A DNA stretch of 64,000 nucleotides from Acidimicrobiaceae bacterium (lineage in GTDB: Bacteria; Actinomycetota; Acidimicrobiia; Acidimicrobiales; RAAP-2): NCBI GenBank assembly GCA_027306605.1, contig DAHUZK010000051.1, forward strand, positions 15,977-79,976, in the 5' to 3' direction. Within the stretch, counting starts at the first letter, position 1; every line of letters starts with the position of its first letter. Position numbers and translations under genes: made by a program. Positions 27,433 to 34,726 of this stretch are shown one piece after another. The notes beneath the pieces are model-generated. The model did no database searches. It was not told the origin of the DNA and saw nothing but the letters and a program-made list of their open reading frames with translations.

Positions 27433-27986
27433 TGGCACGCAACAACCAACGCGGCGGGTCGAGCTCGCGGCGCGTCCCCAAGGACCTGGGCCGCCGGGTC
27501 AAGAAGAAGCCTTGCGCCTTGTGCCGCGACAAGACGGAATGGGTGGACTACAAGGACATCACCATGCTCCGCAAGTACATGAGCGATCGGGGCAAGATCC
27601 GTTCACGCCGGGTCACGGGCAACTGCGCCCAGCACCAGCGCGCGCTCGCTCAGGCGATCAAGACGGCCCGCGAGCTCGTCCTGCTCCCCTACACGCAGCG
27701 CACTGTCACCGAGCGCCCAGGTGGTCGCGGCCGCGACCGTGGCGAGCGGGCACCGGGCGAGCGGGGATCGGGCGAGCGGGGATCGGGCGAGCGGGGATCG
27801 GGCGAGCGCACACCGGGCGAGCGCACACCGGGCGAGCGCGGTGAGCGCGTCGCCGTGGACGTGATCGACGAGACCGACGCCCAGGGTGACGGGGCGAGCG
27901 AGGCCGCGGTCATGGAGGAGGGCACCGAGTTGGTGTCCGAACTGGTCGAGGAAGCGGTCACGGTCGACGCCGGCGGTGAGGCATGA
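27432..27986 (+). CDS. rpsR: 30S ribosomal protein S18 with about 95-aa repeat-containing C-terminal extension
   Basis: S18 core ([47 protein letters not shown]) followed by [10 protein letters not shown] pentapeptide repeats and an acidic tail. 184 aa in total. Confidence 0.9.
   Translation: MARNNQRGGSSSRRVPKDLGRRVKKKPCALCRDKTEWVDYKDITMLRKYMSDRGKIRSRRVTGNCAQHQRALAQAIKTARELVLLPYTQRTVTERPGGRGRDRGERAPGERGSGERGSGERGSGERTPGERTPGERGERVAVDVIDETDAQGDGASEAAVMEEGTELVSELVEEAVTVDAGGEA
27741..27845 (+). repeat. 15-nt in-frame tandem repeat x7 (GGCGAGCGGGGATCG and variants) inside rpsR
   Basis: Read directly. Encodes [10 protein letters not shown] x3/GERTP x2/GERGE. Confidence 0.9.
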
Positions 27987-28432
27987 GGGTCGTGCTCCGA
28001 GACGACGTGGCCGGCGTCGGTCGCCGTGGTGACATCGTCAAGGTGGCTGGCGGTTTCGCCCGCAACTTCCTGTTGCCGGGCGGGCGTGCCATCGCGGCCA
28101 GCGACGGCGTCGAAGGGCAGGCCGAGCAGATGCGGCGCCGCCGGGACCTGCGCGAGGCACAGGACCGCAGCGCAGCGGAAGCCCAGGCCCAGCTGCTGGC
28201 CGGCACGGTGATCCCGATCACCGCCCGTGCGGCGGGTGGCGGCCGGCTCTTCGGTTCTGTCGGTCCGGCCGAGGTGGCCGAGGCGATCCAGGCCGCCAGG
28301 GGCGTCGAGGTCGACCGCAAGCACATCATGCTCCCGGACCACATCAAGGAGACCGGCACCTTCGAGGTCCCGGTCGAGCTCTTCCGCGACGTGACCGTGG
28401 TGGTCACCGTGGAGGTCAGCCCCACCGGCTGA
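27983..28432 (+). CDS. rplI: 50S ribosomal protein L9
   Basis: [32 protein letters not shown] is a typical L9 N-domain. Its start overlaps the rpsR stop. Confidence 0.93.
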   Translation: MRVVLRDDVAGVGRRGDIVKVAGGFARNFLLPGGRAIAASDGVEGQAEQMRRRRDLREAQDRSAAEAQAQLLAGTVIPITARAAGGGRLFGSVGPAEVAEAIQAARGVEVDRKHIMLPDHIKETGTFEVPVELFRDVTVVVTVEVSPTG

Positions 28433-28577
28433 GGGGAGCCGAGGGAGCCACGCTGCACCGGGCCGGTGGCCGCCCCGGGCGGCATCACCCAAGACGTCGC
28501 GACCGTGTGCTCATCATGTCGGGTGATGGTGACGGCACGTCCATCGGGGGCTCCAGGTCCGGCCGCTCGTACACGGC

Positions 28578-28682
28578 TTGTCCACACCACCACCGTGCCT
28601 CTGCCCGGGGTTACCCACATGGAGAGGGGCTTTTCCCACAGGCCGCGGCCGCTTTCCCACAGCAATTTCTTTCTTATGTTCC
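28578..28682 (+). promoter_or_regulatory. Phased DnaA-box cluster plus AT-rich tract upstream of dnaB
   Basis: Four same-orientation boxes: TTGTCCACA (28578-28586), TTACCCACA (28611-28619), TTTCCCACA (28632-28640) and TTTCCCACA (28653-28661). Spacings are 33, 21 and 21 bp. They are followed by gcaatttctttcttatgttcc (28662-28682). Confidence 0.6.
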
Positions 28683-28712
28683 CCAGCCCGCCGCCGTCAG
28701 AGTAGGGGCACC

Positions 28713-30104
28713 GTGGTCCAAGCCTTCGACGACACCCGACCCCAGCCGCTGCGGGCCGCCCCGCCCCCGGGCGCGGCCGGCGCGCGCATCCCCCCTCACG
28801 ACCTCGAGGCGGAGAAGTCGCTCCTCGGCGCCATGCTCCTCTCCAGCGACGCGGCGTCGGTCGGGATCGAGACCTGCGACGGGGCGGACTTCTACAAGCC
28901 GGCGCACGGGCACATCTTCTCGGCCATCCAGGCCCTGATGGAGCGGGGGGAGGCCATCGACGCCGTCACCGTCACCGACGAGCTCAAGCGCTCGGGGCTG
29001 CTCGAGCAGGTGGGTGATCCCTCGATCTTCATCTCGCTGCAGGCCAACACCCCGTCCATCGCCAACGCGCGGCACTACGCCCAGATCGTCGAGGAGCACG
29101 CGCTGTTGCGCCGGCTCATCGCGGTGGCCGGTGAGATCGCCGATATCGGCTATTCGGTGCCCGAGGACGTCAAGGCCGCCGTGGACGAGTCCGAGCAGAA
29201 GGTCTTCAACGTGGGCGAACGGCGCACGGCCGACACCATGCGCCCGCTGCACGAGCTGCTGGGGGCGGGACTCGACCGTATCGAGGAGCTGGGCCAACGC
29301 GGCTCGCACATCACCGGGGTGGCCACGGGCTACCACGAACTCGACCAGATCCTGCTCGGATTCCAGCCCTCCTCCCTCAACATCGTGGGCGCCCGTCCTG
29401 GCATGGGCAAGACCAGCTTCGCCCTCGGGGTCCTGGCCAACGTCGGGCTGCAGGTGGGACGCCCCGCCCTGCTGTTCTCCCTGGAAATGGGCCATCTCGA
29501 GCTGACCCAGCGCCTGCTGGCCTCCGAGGCCGAGGTCAACGGCCAGAGTCTGCAGACCGGGCGCATCCGCACACAGGACTGGAGCAAGATCGGCATGGCC
29601 GTCACCCGCCTCTCGAGCGCGCCGATCTTCATCGACGACAATCCCGCCGTCACGGTGATGGACATCCGGGCCCGGGCACGCCGGCTCAAGAAGTCGGAGG
29701 GTGATCTGGGGATCGTCGTCATCGACTACCTGCAACTGATGACGGGACGGGGCCGGGCGGAGAACCGCCAGACCGAGGTGGCCGAGATCAGCCGGGGGCT
29801 GAAGATCCTGGCCCGCGAGCTCGAGGTGCCCGTGGTCGCCCTCTCCCAGCTCTCCCGCAATCTCGAGTCACGGCAGGACAAGACGCCGCAGCTGTCGGAC
29901 CTGCGCGAGTCGGGCTCGCTCGAACAGGACGCCGACGTGGTCCTGTTCATCTACCGGGAGTCCGAGTACAACGACGAGGTCCCCATCGACCGGGCCGACG
30001 ACGCGCTGATCGAGGTGGCGAAGCACCGTAACGGACCGACGGGCAAGGCCAACCTGCTCTTCTTGAAGCAGTACGCGCGCTTCGAGAACCACCGCAGCGT
30101 CTGA
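28713..30104 (+). CDS. dnaB: Replicative DNA helicase DnaB (no intein)
   Basis: GTG 28713 gives VVQAFDD...PPHDLEAEKSLLGAML. Walker A GARPGMGKTSF. Ordinary 463-aa length. The track start at 28578 would translate through the DnaA boxes and gives an implausible peptide. Confidence 0.93.
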   Translation: MVQAFDDTRPQPLRAAPPPGAAGARIPPHDLEAEKSLLGAMLLSSDAASVGIETCDGADFYKPAHGHIFSAIQALMERGEAIDAVTVTDELKRSGLLEQVGDPSIFISLQANTPSIANARHYAQIVEEHALLRRLIAVAGEIADIGYSVPEDVKAAVDESEQKVFNVGERRTADTMRPLHELLGAGLDRIEELGQRGSHITGVATGYHELDQILLGFQPSSLNIVGARPGMGKTSFALGVLANVGLQVGRPALLFSLEMGHLELTQRLLASEAEVNGQSLQTGRIRTQDWSKIGMAVTRLSSAPIFIDDNPAVTVMDIRARARRLKKSEGDLGIVVIDYLQLMTGRGRAENRQTEVAEISRGLKILARELEVPVVALSQLSRNLESRQDKTPQLSDLRESGSLEQDADVVLFIYRESEYNDEVPIDRADDALIEVAKHRNGPTGKANLLFLKQYARFENHRSV

Positions 30105-30127
30105 GAGGCCGAGACGGGACGCGGCGA

Positions 30128-31084
30128 CTAGGTCGCCGAGGTACCGCGGGCGGCGGGCAGGACGAAGCGGTCGACCGCACGGGCGAAGCCCTCGTCCTCG
30201 TTGCTGCTCGTCGTGTGCCGGGCCGCCCGCTTCACCTGGGGGTCGGCGTTGCCCATGGCGATGCTCAGCCCGGAATGGGCGAACATCAAGATGTCGTTGG
30301 GCATGTCACCGATGGTGGCGATCTGCACGGGGTCGAGCGCGTAGCGCGACGCCAGGTAGCGGGCGACGGAGCCCTTGTTGGCTTTCGGATGCGTGACGTC
30401 GAGGTAGTAGGGCTGTGAAGCGGCAGCGGTGACGTGGTGGCCGAAGGTGTCGGCGGCCGCCTCGGCCGCCTTCTGCACGGCGCCGTGGTCGTCGCTCACC
30501 CCGACGAGCTTGACGACGCCGTCGGTCAGCCCATCGAGGCCGTCCATCACCTTGGGCTCGAACTTGACCGTCCACGCCTCGCGGTCGACATGGGGCCCTT
30601 TGGGATCGCGCACGTACCAGTCGGCACCGCGGTAGAGCCACACGTCGAGGTCGAAAGAGCCCATCAGGTCGGCCACCGGTTGCACCACGTGCTCGGGCAG
30701 GACGTGTTGCTCGAGGGTCTCCATGGCACGGTCCACGACCAGCCCGCCGTTGAAGGCGGCGATGGAGGTCTCGAGCTCGAGCGGCTCGACCAGCATCTCC
30801 ATGCCACGGGGTGGGCGCCCGCTCGTGATGGCGAAGAGCACACCCGCGTCGTGCAGGCGCTGCACGGCGGCGACCGCCTCGTCGGTCAGGACCTTGTCCT
30901 CGGTGACCAGGGTCCCGTCCACGTCGGCCAGCAGCAGGCGGACGGGCAGGGACGGCGCCGAGGGCTCGGACGGCGCGGACGGCGCGGGAGCCGGCGGCGG
31001 AGCGGGCGGAACGCTCGAGGATCCTGAGGATTCGGGGGCGATGGGGCCGATGGTACCGGCCCGACCCGGGTATACACGGTGCAT
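30128..31084 (-). CDS. HAD-superfamily hydrolase, Cof-type phosphatase, with Pro/Ser-rich N-terminal leader
   Basis: Motif I LLLADVDGTLV, plus TSGRPP and GDMPNDILMF. The nearest canonical start upstream of motif I is ATG 31084 (alternative 31150). Confidence 0.8.
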   Translation of the reverse strand: MHRVYPGRAGTIGPIAPESSGSSSVPPAPPPAPAPSAPSEPSAPSLPVRLLLADVDGTLVTEDKVLTDEAVAAVQRLHDAGVLFAITSGRPPRGMEMLVEPLELETSIAAFNGGLVVDRAMETLEQHVLPEHVVQPVADLMGSFDLDVWLYRGADWYVRDPKGPHVDREAWTVKFEPKVMDGLDGLTDGVVKLVGVSDDHGAVQKAAEAAADTFGHHVTAAASQPYYLDVTHPKANKGSVARYLASRYALDPVQIATIGDMPNDILMFAHSGLSIAMGNADPQVKRAARHTTSSNEDEGFARAVDRFVLPAARGTSAT

Positions 31085-31493
31085 GGTCCACGACGCCCAC
31101 GAGCGGATCCCCGACAGCCACCGCGACCTCCTCGACGCCCGTTTCGCCACGCTGGCGACCGTCGGCGGGGACGGATACCCCCAGCTCTCGGAGGTGTGGT
31201 TCCTGGCCGAGGAGGATCAGGTCTGCATCTCGCTCAACCGGGCGCGGCAGAAGACCAAGAACCTCCTGGCGGAGCCCAACTGCACCGTGTTCATCCTCGA
31301 CCTGGCCAACCCGTACCGCTATCTCGAGATTCGCGGCACGGCCGACGTGACATCCGACGACGACCGGGCCTTCGCCGACCGCGTCGGCGCCAAGTACGGG
31401 GCCGATTTGCGCGACCACGATCTCCCCGGCGACACCCGGGTCGTGGTGCGCGTCGTGCCCGTGCGCGTCAACGCGGTGGACATGAGCCGCTGA
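31083..31493 (+). CDS. Pyridoxamine 5'-phosphate oxidase family (PPOX / F420-binding split-barrel) protein
   Basis: 136 aa: MVHDAHERIPDSHRDLLDARFATLATVGGDGYPQLSEVWF...FILDLANPYRYLEIRGTA. Confidence 0.75.
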   Translation: MVHDAHERIPDSHRDLLDARFATLATVGGDGYPQLSEVWFLAEEDQVCISLNRARQKTKNLLAEPNCTVFILDLANPYRYLEIRGTADVTSDDDRAFADRVGAKYGADLRDHDLPGDTRVVVRVVPVRVNAVDMSR

Positions 31494-32242
31494 GCAACGG
31501 GTGCCAGCGCGGCGGCCAACGCGGCCACCAGCACGGCCACCAGCACGGCCAGTGCCACCCAGGGCGACAGGGCGAGGCCGAGGGCCAGTGCCGATGCGGT
31601 CTCGACCGCCACCACCACCCAGAGAGCGACGGGGTCGAGAGCCGTGAAGCGGCGATGGAAGGCAGCGAGTGCGGCCGGGCTGGTGATGCGGCGCCCGAGC
31701 AGGACGGCCAGACCGCGCACCAGGCCGAAGAGGAGGCCCAGCGCGAGCGCCACCCAGGGCGACGCGGTCAGCGCGGCCAGGACGACCATCAGGTACACGG
31801 CGGCCGTCTTGATATAGGTGGCGAAGCCGCTGCCGATCTGCCAGCCGAAACCGGCGCCGTAGACCCAGGAGCGGAACTGGTCCAGCCAGCGCTCGTTGAC
31901 CTGGCGATGGTGGACCGGCAGCGTGAAGCCCCCGAGGCGCCGGTCCGACGCGGCGGCGAAGGCGCAGCCGGCGCAGGCCAACGCGGCCACCACCGCCGGC
32001 GACGGCCCGGCGGCACGGACGGCGAGGGCAGCCATGGCCAGGGCCAGGCCGAGCGTGGCCCCACCGGCGACGGCACCGGCCACGAACCACCGCGCCGTGC
32101 TGCGGTAGCGGTGGCCCCGGCCGGACTCGGCCAGCGGGGTGACCGTGGCCAGCATCGAGATGCCGCACGGCGACCACGTCGAGCGCACTGCTGCCGCCGT
32201 CGTGACGAGCGCGGCCGAGCCGACGAGAAGGGTGGTGGTCAC
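31319..32242 (-). CDS. Polytopic membrane protein (about 8 TM), last gene of the Mau-like operon; function unknown
   Basis: AAGGAG-5 nt-GTG start at 32242. Hydrophobic throughout, with motifs STWSPCGISML and ALACAGCAF. The first 205 codons of track ORF 31319..32857 are a shadow of the propeller gene. Confidence 0.65.
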   Translation of the reverse strand: MTTTLLVGSAALVTTAAAVRSTWSPCGISMLATVTPLAESGRGHRYRSTARWFVAGAVAGGATLGLALAMAALAVRAAGPSPAVVAALACAGCAFAAASDRRLGGFTLPVHHRQVNERWLDQFRSWVYGAGFGWQIGSGFATYIKTAAVYLMVVLAALTASPWVALALGLLFGLVRGLAVLLGRRITSPAALAAFHRRFTALDPVALWVVVAVETASALALGLALSPWVALAVLVAVLVAALAAALAPVAQRLMSTALTRTGTTRTTTRVSPGRSWSRKSAPYLAPTRSAKARSSSDVTSAVPRISR

Positions 32243-32276
32243 GGGAACTCCTTTCGGGTCGTTGGGGGCGGGCGGC

Positions 32277-33677
32277 TCATGCGGGCGAACCGAGGAACGG
32301 GGCACCACCGAAGGCGAAGATGCCGCCGTCGGAGGCCACCATCCAGTACCCGGCGTCGTCGCGGTAGACGGCCATGCCGACGACGGGGCGGGCCAGGACG
32401 AGCGAGCCGGTCGACCCGTCGAACGCGGCGTCGCCGAAGGCGAAGATGCCGCCGTCGGAGGCCACCAGCCAGTAGCCCCGGCCGCTCGGCGTGGCCGCCA
32501 TGCCCACCACGGGCTTGTTGAGCGGCGTGCCGCCCATGGAGCCGAGAAAGGGCGCGTCGCCGAAGGCGAAGATCCCGCCGTCGGCGGCCACCATCCAGTA
32601 GCCCCGGCCGCTCGGCGTGGCCGCCATGCCCACCACGGGCTTGTTGAGTGGCGTGCCGCCCATGGAGCCGAGAAAGGGCGCGTCGCCGAAGGAGAAGAGG
32701 CCGCCGTCGGCGGCCACCATCCAGTAGCCCCCTCCCGTGGGCGTGCCGGCGATACCCACCACGGGTGCGTTGAGATGCTGTCCGCCCATCGACCCGAGGA
32801 ACGGGGCCCCGCCGTAGTCGAAGATGCCGCCGTCGGCGGCCGCCAGCCAGTAGCCACCGGTGTGGCACAGGGCCGCTCCGACCACCGGGGCGTCCAGCGG
32901 CAGGCCCGACGCGTCGCCCGCGCTGACGAAGTCGCCGTAGGGGAGCAGCTTGCCGAACGCGGTCAGCACGGCGTACCCACGGTCGTCGGCGCTGGGGAGC
33001 AGGCCGACCGACTGGCAATTGGTGGCCGGCGAGTTGCACGGGGGTGCCGGCGGCGCCGGTGTCCAGCACGGCTCGTTCTGCTCCGCCGTGGCGTTGTCGA
33101 CCGCCACCGCGGTGGTGCACGACGGGTCGACCGTCCAGGGCGGGACGCAGGCGACGACGCGGCACACGATGCGACCCAGGCACGCCACGTTCTGGTTGCA
33201 CTGCCCGTAACGGAACTGCAGGCATCCGGTCAGGAAGGAGTCACACCCTTGGGACCCGCAGCCGCAGCTGAGCCCGTCGCACTGCGTCTCGCAGAACGGG
33301 AAGCCGCTGGCGCATCCGGCGTCACAGGCACAGGTCGCGTTGCAGTCCATGTAGTAGCGGGGGCCGTTGCAGTAGGACGATCCCTCTGCCACCCACCAGC
33401 CGCCCATGATCGTGTTCTCGGGACAGTAGTTGTCGCCGCTGACGGCGCAGCAGAACTCCGAGAAGCCCGAGCAGCAGGTGCTCCCGCAGCTGCACCCCGC
33501 GTTCCCGCACTGGCAGATGGCGCCGTAGGCCGTGCCCGGCCGCAAGGCAAGATCGAGGCCGGACCCGATGGCCACGGCGCTGCCCACGAAGGCGGAGCGG
33601 TTGATGAGGCTACGGCGCGACAACCGGCCCTCCAGGGCGCGCGCCGTGCGCGTCACCAGCGCGGTGGAGAAGCTCAC
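32277..33677 (-). CDS. Tat-signal protein: 28-Cys MauA-light-chain-like module fused to a six-blade (about 42-aa repeat) beta-propeller-like domain
   Basis: Twin-arginine motif LSRRSLINRSAFVGSAVAIGSG. Cys-rich region at residues 55-221 (nt 33015-33515) includes CCAVSGDNYCPENTIMGGWWVAEG..YYMDC. Six repeats follow of GYW(M/L)VA(A/S)DGGIFAFGDAPFLGSMGG..LN.PVVGMA (nt 32280-32981). The GTG start overlaps the upstream stop (GTGA). Confidence 0.8.
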   Translation of the reverse strand: MSFSTALVTRTARALEGRLSRRSLINRSAFVGSAVAIGSGLDLALRPGTAYGAICQCGNAGCSCGSTCCSGFSEFCCAVSGDNYCPENTIMGGWWVAEGSSYCNGPRYYMDCNATCACDAGCASGFPFCETQCDGLSCGCGSQGCDSFLTGCLQFRYGQCNQNVACLGRIVCRVVACVPPWTVDPSCTTAVAVDNATAEQNEPCWTPAPPAPPCNSPATNCQSVGLLPSADDRGYAVLTAFGKLLPYGDFVSAGDASGLPLDAPVVGAALCHTGGYWLAAADGGIFDYGGAPFLGSMGGQHLNAPVVGIAGTPTGGGYWMVAADGGLFSFGDAPFLGSMGGTPLNKPVVGMAATPSGRGYWMVAADGGIFAFGDAPFLGSMGGTPLNKPVVGMAATPSGRGYWLVASDGGIFAFGDAAFDGSTGSLVLARPVVGMAVYRDDAGYWMVASDGGIFAFGGAPFLGSPA

Positions 33678-34243
33678 GACGATGCCGCCGCCTCGGTCCG
33701 GGGCCGGATCAGGCGGCGGGCGCCCTCCAGCGCGCCCAGCGCGGACAGGGCCAGGAGGCTGAGCCAGAGCGCGACGGCGCTGACGAAGACCAGCGGCACG
33801 CCGGCCCAGGGCTGGTGCGCCAGCAGCGTGAAGAGAGTGCCGTGTGCCGGTGCGGTGACGGCGACGACGGCTGCCGCCACCGCCAGGGTCAGATCCAACA
33901 GCAGGTGCACGAGGGTGGGCGGCGTGTCGGGCTTGCCGAAGCAGCCGCAGGTGGCCAGCGGGCCGCCGCGGCGCCAGGCCGAGGCGACGACGGCCGCGAA
34001 GGCTGCGTAGGAGAGCGAGACGAGGGCCGCAGTGACGGGCCGCGGCGCCACCAGGGCGGCGATGCCCAGGAGCATTTCGACCAGTGCACCGGTGCGGACG
34101 GCCGTGCGCGTGACGCGCCAGAGCCGGGCGCGACCGGCCAGCTCGGAGAGGGCGCGCGCCGTGTCGTCGGGTCGAGCGGCCTTCGCCGCGCCGGCGACGA
34201 CGAGGAGGTCCGCGGCCACCAGGTAGGGACCGATCAGTTCCAC
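33674..34243 (-). CDS. MauE/DoxX-family redox-associated membrane protein
   Basis: 189 aa from GTG 34243. Four to five TM helices and the CGCFG motif (LATCGCFGKPDTPPTLVHLLLD) characteristic of MauE-like proteins. Confidence 0.7.
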   Translation of the reverse strand: MELIGPYLVAADLLVVAGAAKAARPDDTARALSELAGRARLWRVTRTAVRTGALVEMLLGIAALVAPRPVTAALVSLSYAAFAAVVASAWRRGGPLATCGCFGKPDTPPTLVHLLLDLTLAVAAAVVAVTAPAHGTLFTLLAHQPWAGVPLVFVSAVALWLSLLALSALGALEGARRLIRPRTEAAASS

Positions 34244-34722
34244 AGCGGCCTCGCCGCCGGGAGCCCGGGTGCAGTCGCCGTCACGCCCAGGGCCGTGACG
34301 AGCTGGTTGAGGCGCGGCACCAGGACGTGGCGCATGGTGTGGCTGCCGAGGACGGCGTAGAAGGAGAAGGGACGGCCCGCCTCGGTGAAGAACCACTGCG
34401 TGCCCGACTGCCCGGGCAGGCCACGGCGCAACATGGTGGGCGAGAAGTCGGCCGCAGCGAGCGCGGCCGGCCGACCCTGGCGCGCGAAGAGCGCGGTGCC
34501 CAGGCTCTCGGGTCCGTACTCGAAGAGCGTGGCGAACACGTCGCCCGGACCCATCAGGTTCACGGCACCGCTGCCGAAGTCGCCGACCTCGTCGGGGATC
34601 GGGAATGTCGCGAACTGCGCCACCGGATAGGTGGGGCCGACCGCCGAGGGCCGGACGTAGATGCGGCCCTCGAAACCCTGCGGCAGGCGGGCCGTGATCC
34701 CGTGCGCACCGATGGTGGCCAT
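34234..34722 (-). CDS. Hypothetical protein, no signal peptide, embedded in the Mau-like operon
   Basis: ATG 34722 (MATIGAHGITARLPQGFEGRIYV...) lies 4 nt after the upstream stop. 162 aa. High-GC3 coding frame. No motif recognised. Confidence 0.55.
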   Translation of the reverse strand: MATIGAHGITARLPQGFEGRIYVRPSAVGPTYPVAQFATFPIPDEVGDFGSGAVNLMGPGDVFATLFEYGPESLGTALFARQGRPAALAAADFSPTMLRRGLPGQSGTQWFFTEAGRPFSFYAVLGSHTMRHVLVPRLNQLVTALGVTATAPGLPAARPLWN

Positions 34723-34726
34723 CGGT

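Noticed and set aside
28578-28712. TTG 28578 as the dnaB start
   Set aside because: The 45 extra codons run through the DnaA-box cluster and the AT-rich tract and translate to an implausible peptide (MSTPPPCLCPGLPTWRGAFPTGRGRFPTAISFLCSPARRR). The conserved DnaB N-terminus follows GTG 28713.
28713-30104. Intein or mobile insertion in dnaB (common in actinobacteria)
   Set aside because: The protein is an ordinary 463 aa with a contiguous Walker A/B and no Cys/Ser-...-HN splice-junction insert.
31319-32857. 512-aa ORF as a single gene
   Set aside because: The N-terminal 205 codons are a frame shadow of the propeller repeats, shown by repetitive WWPPTAASSPSATRPFSAPWAARHSTSPWWAWRP. A strong AAGGAG-GTG start at 32242 defines the real membrane protein.
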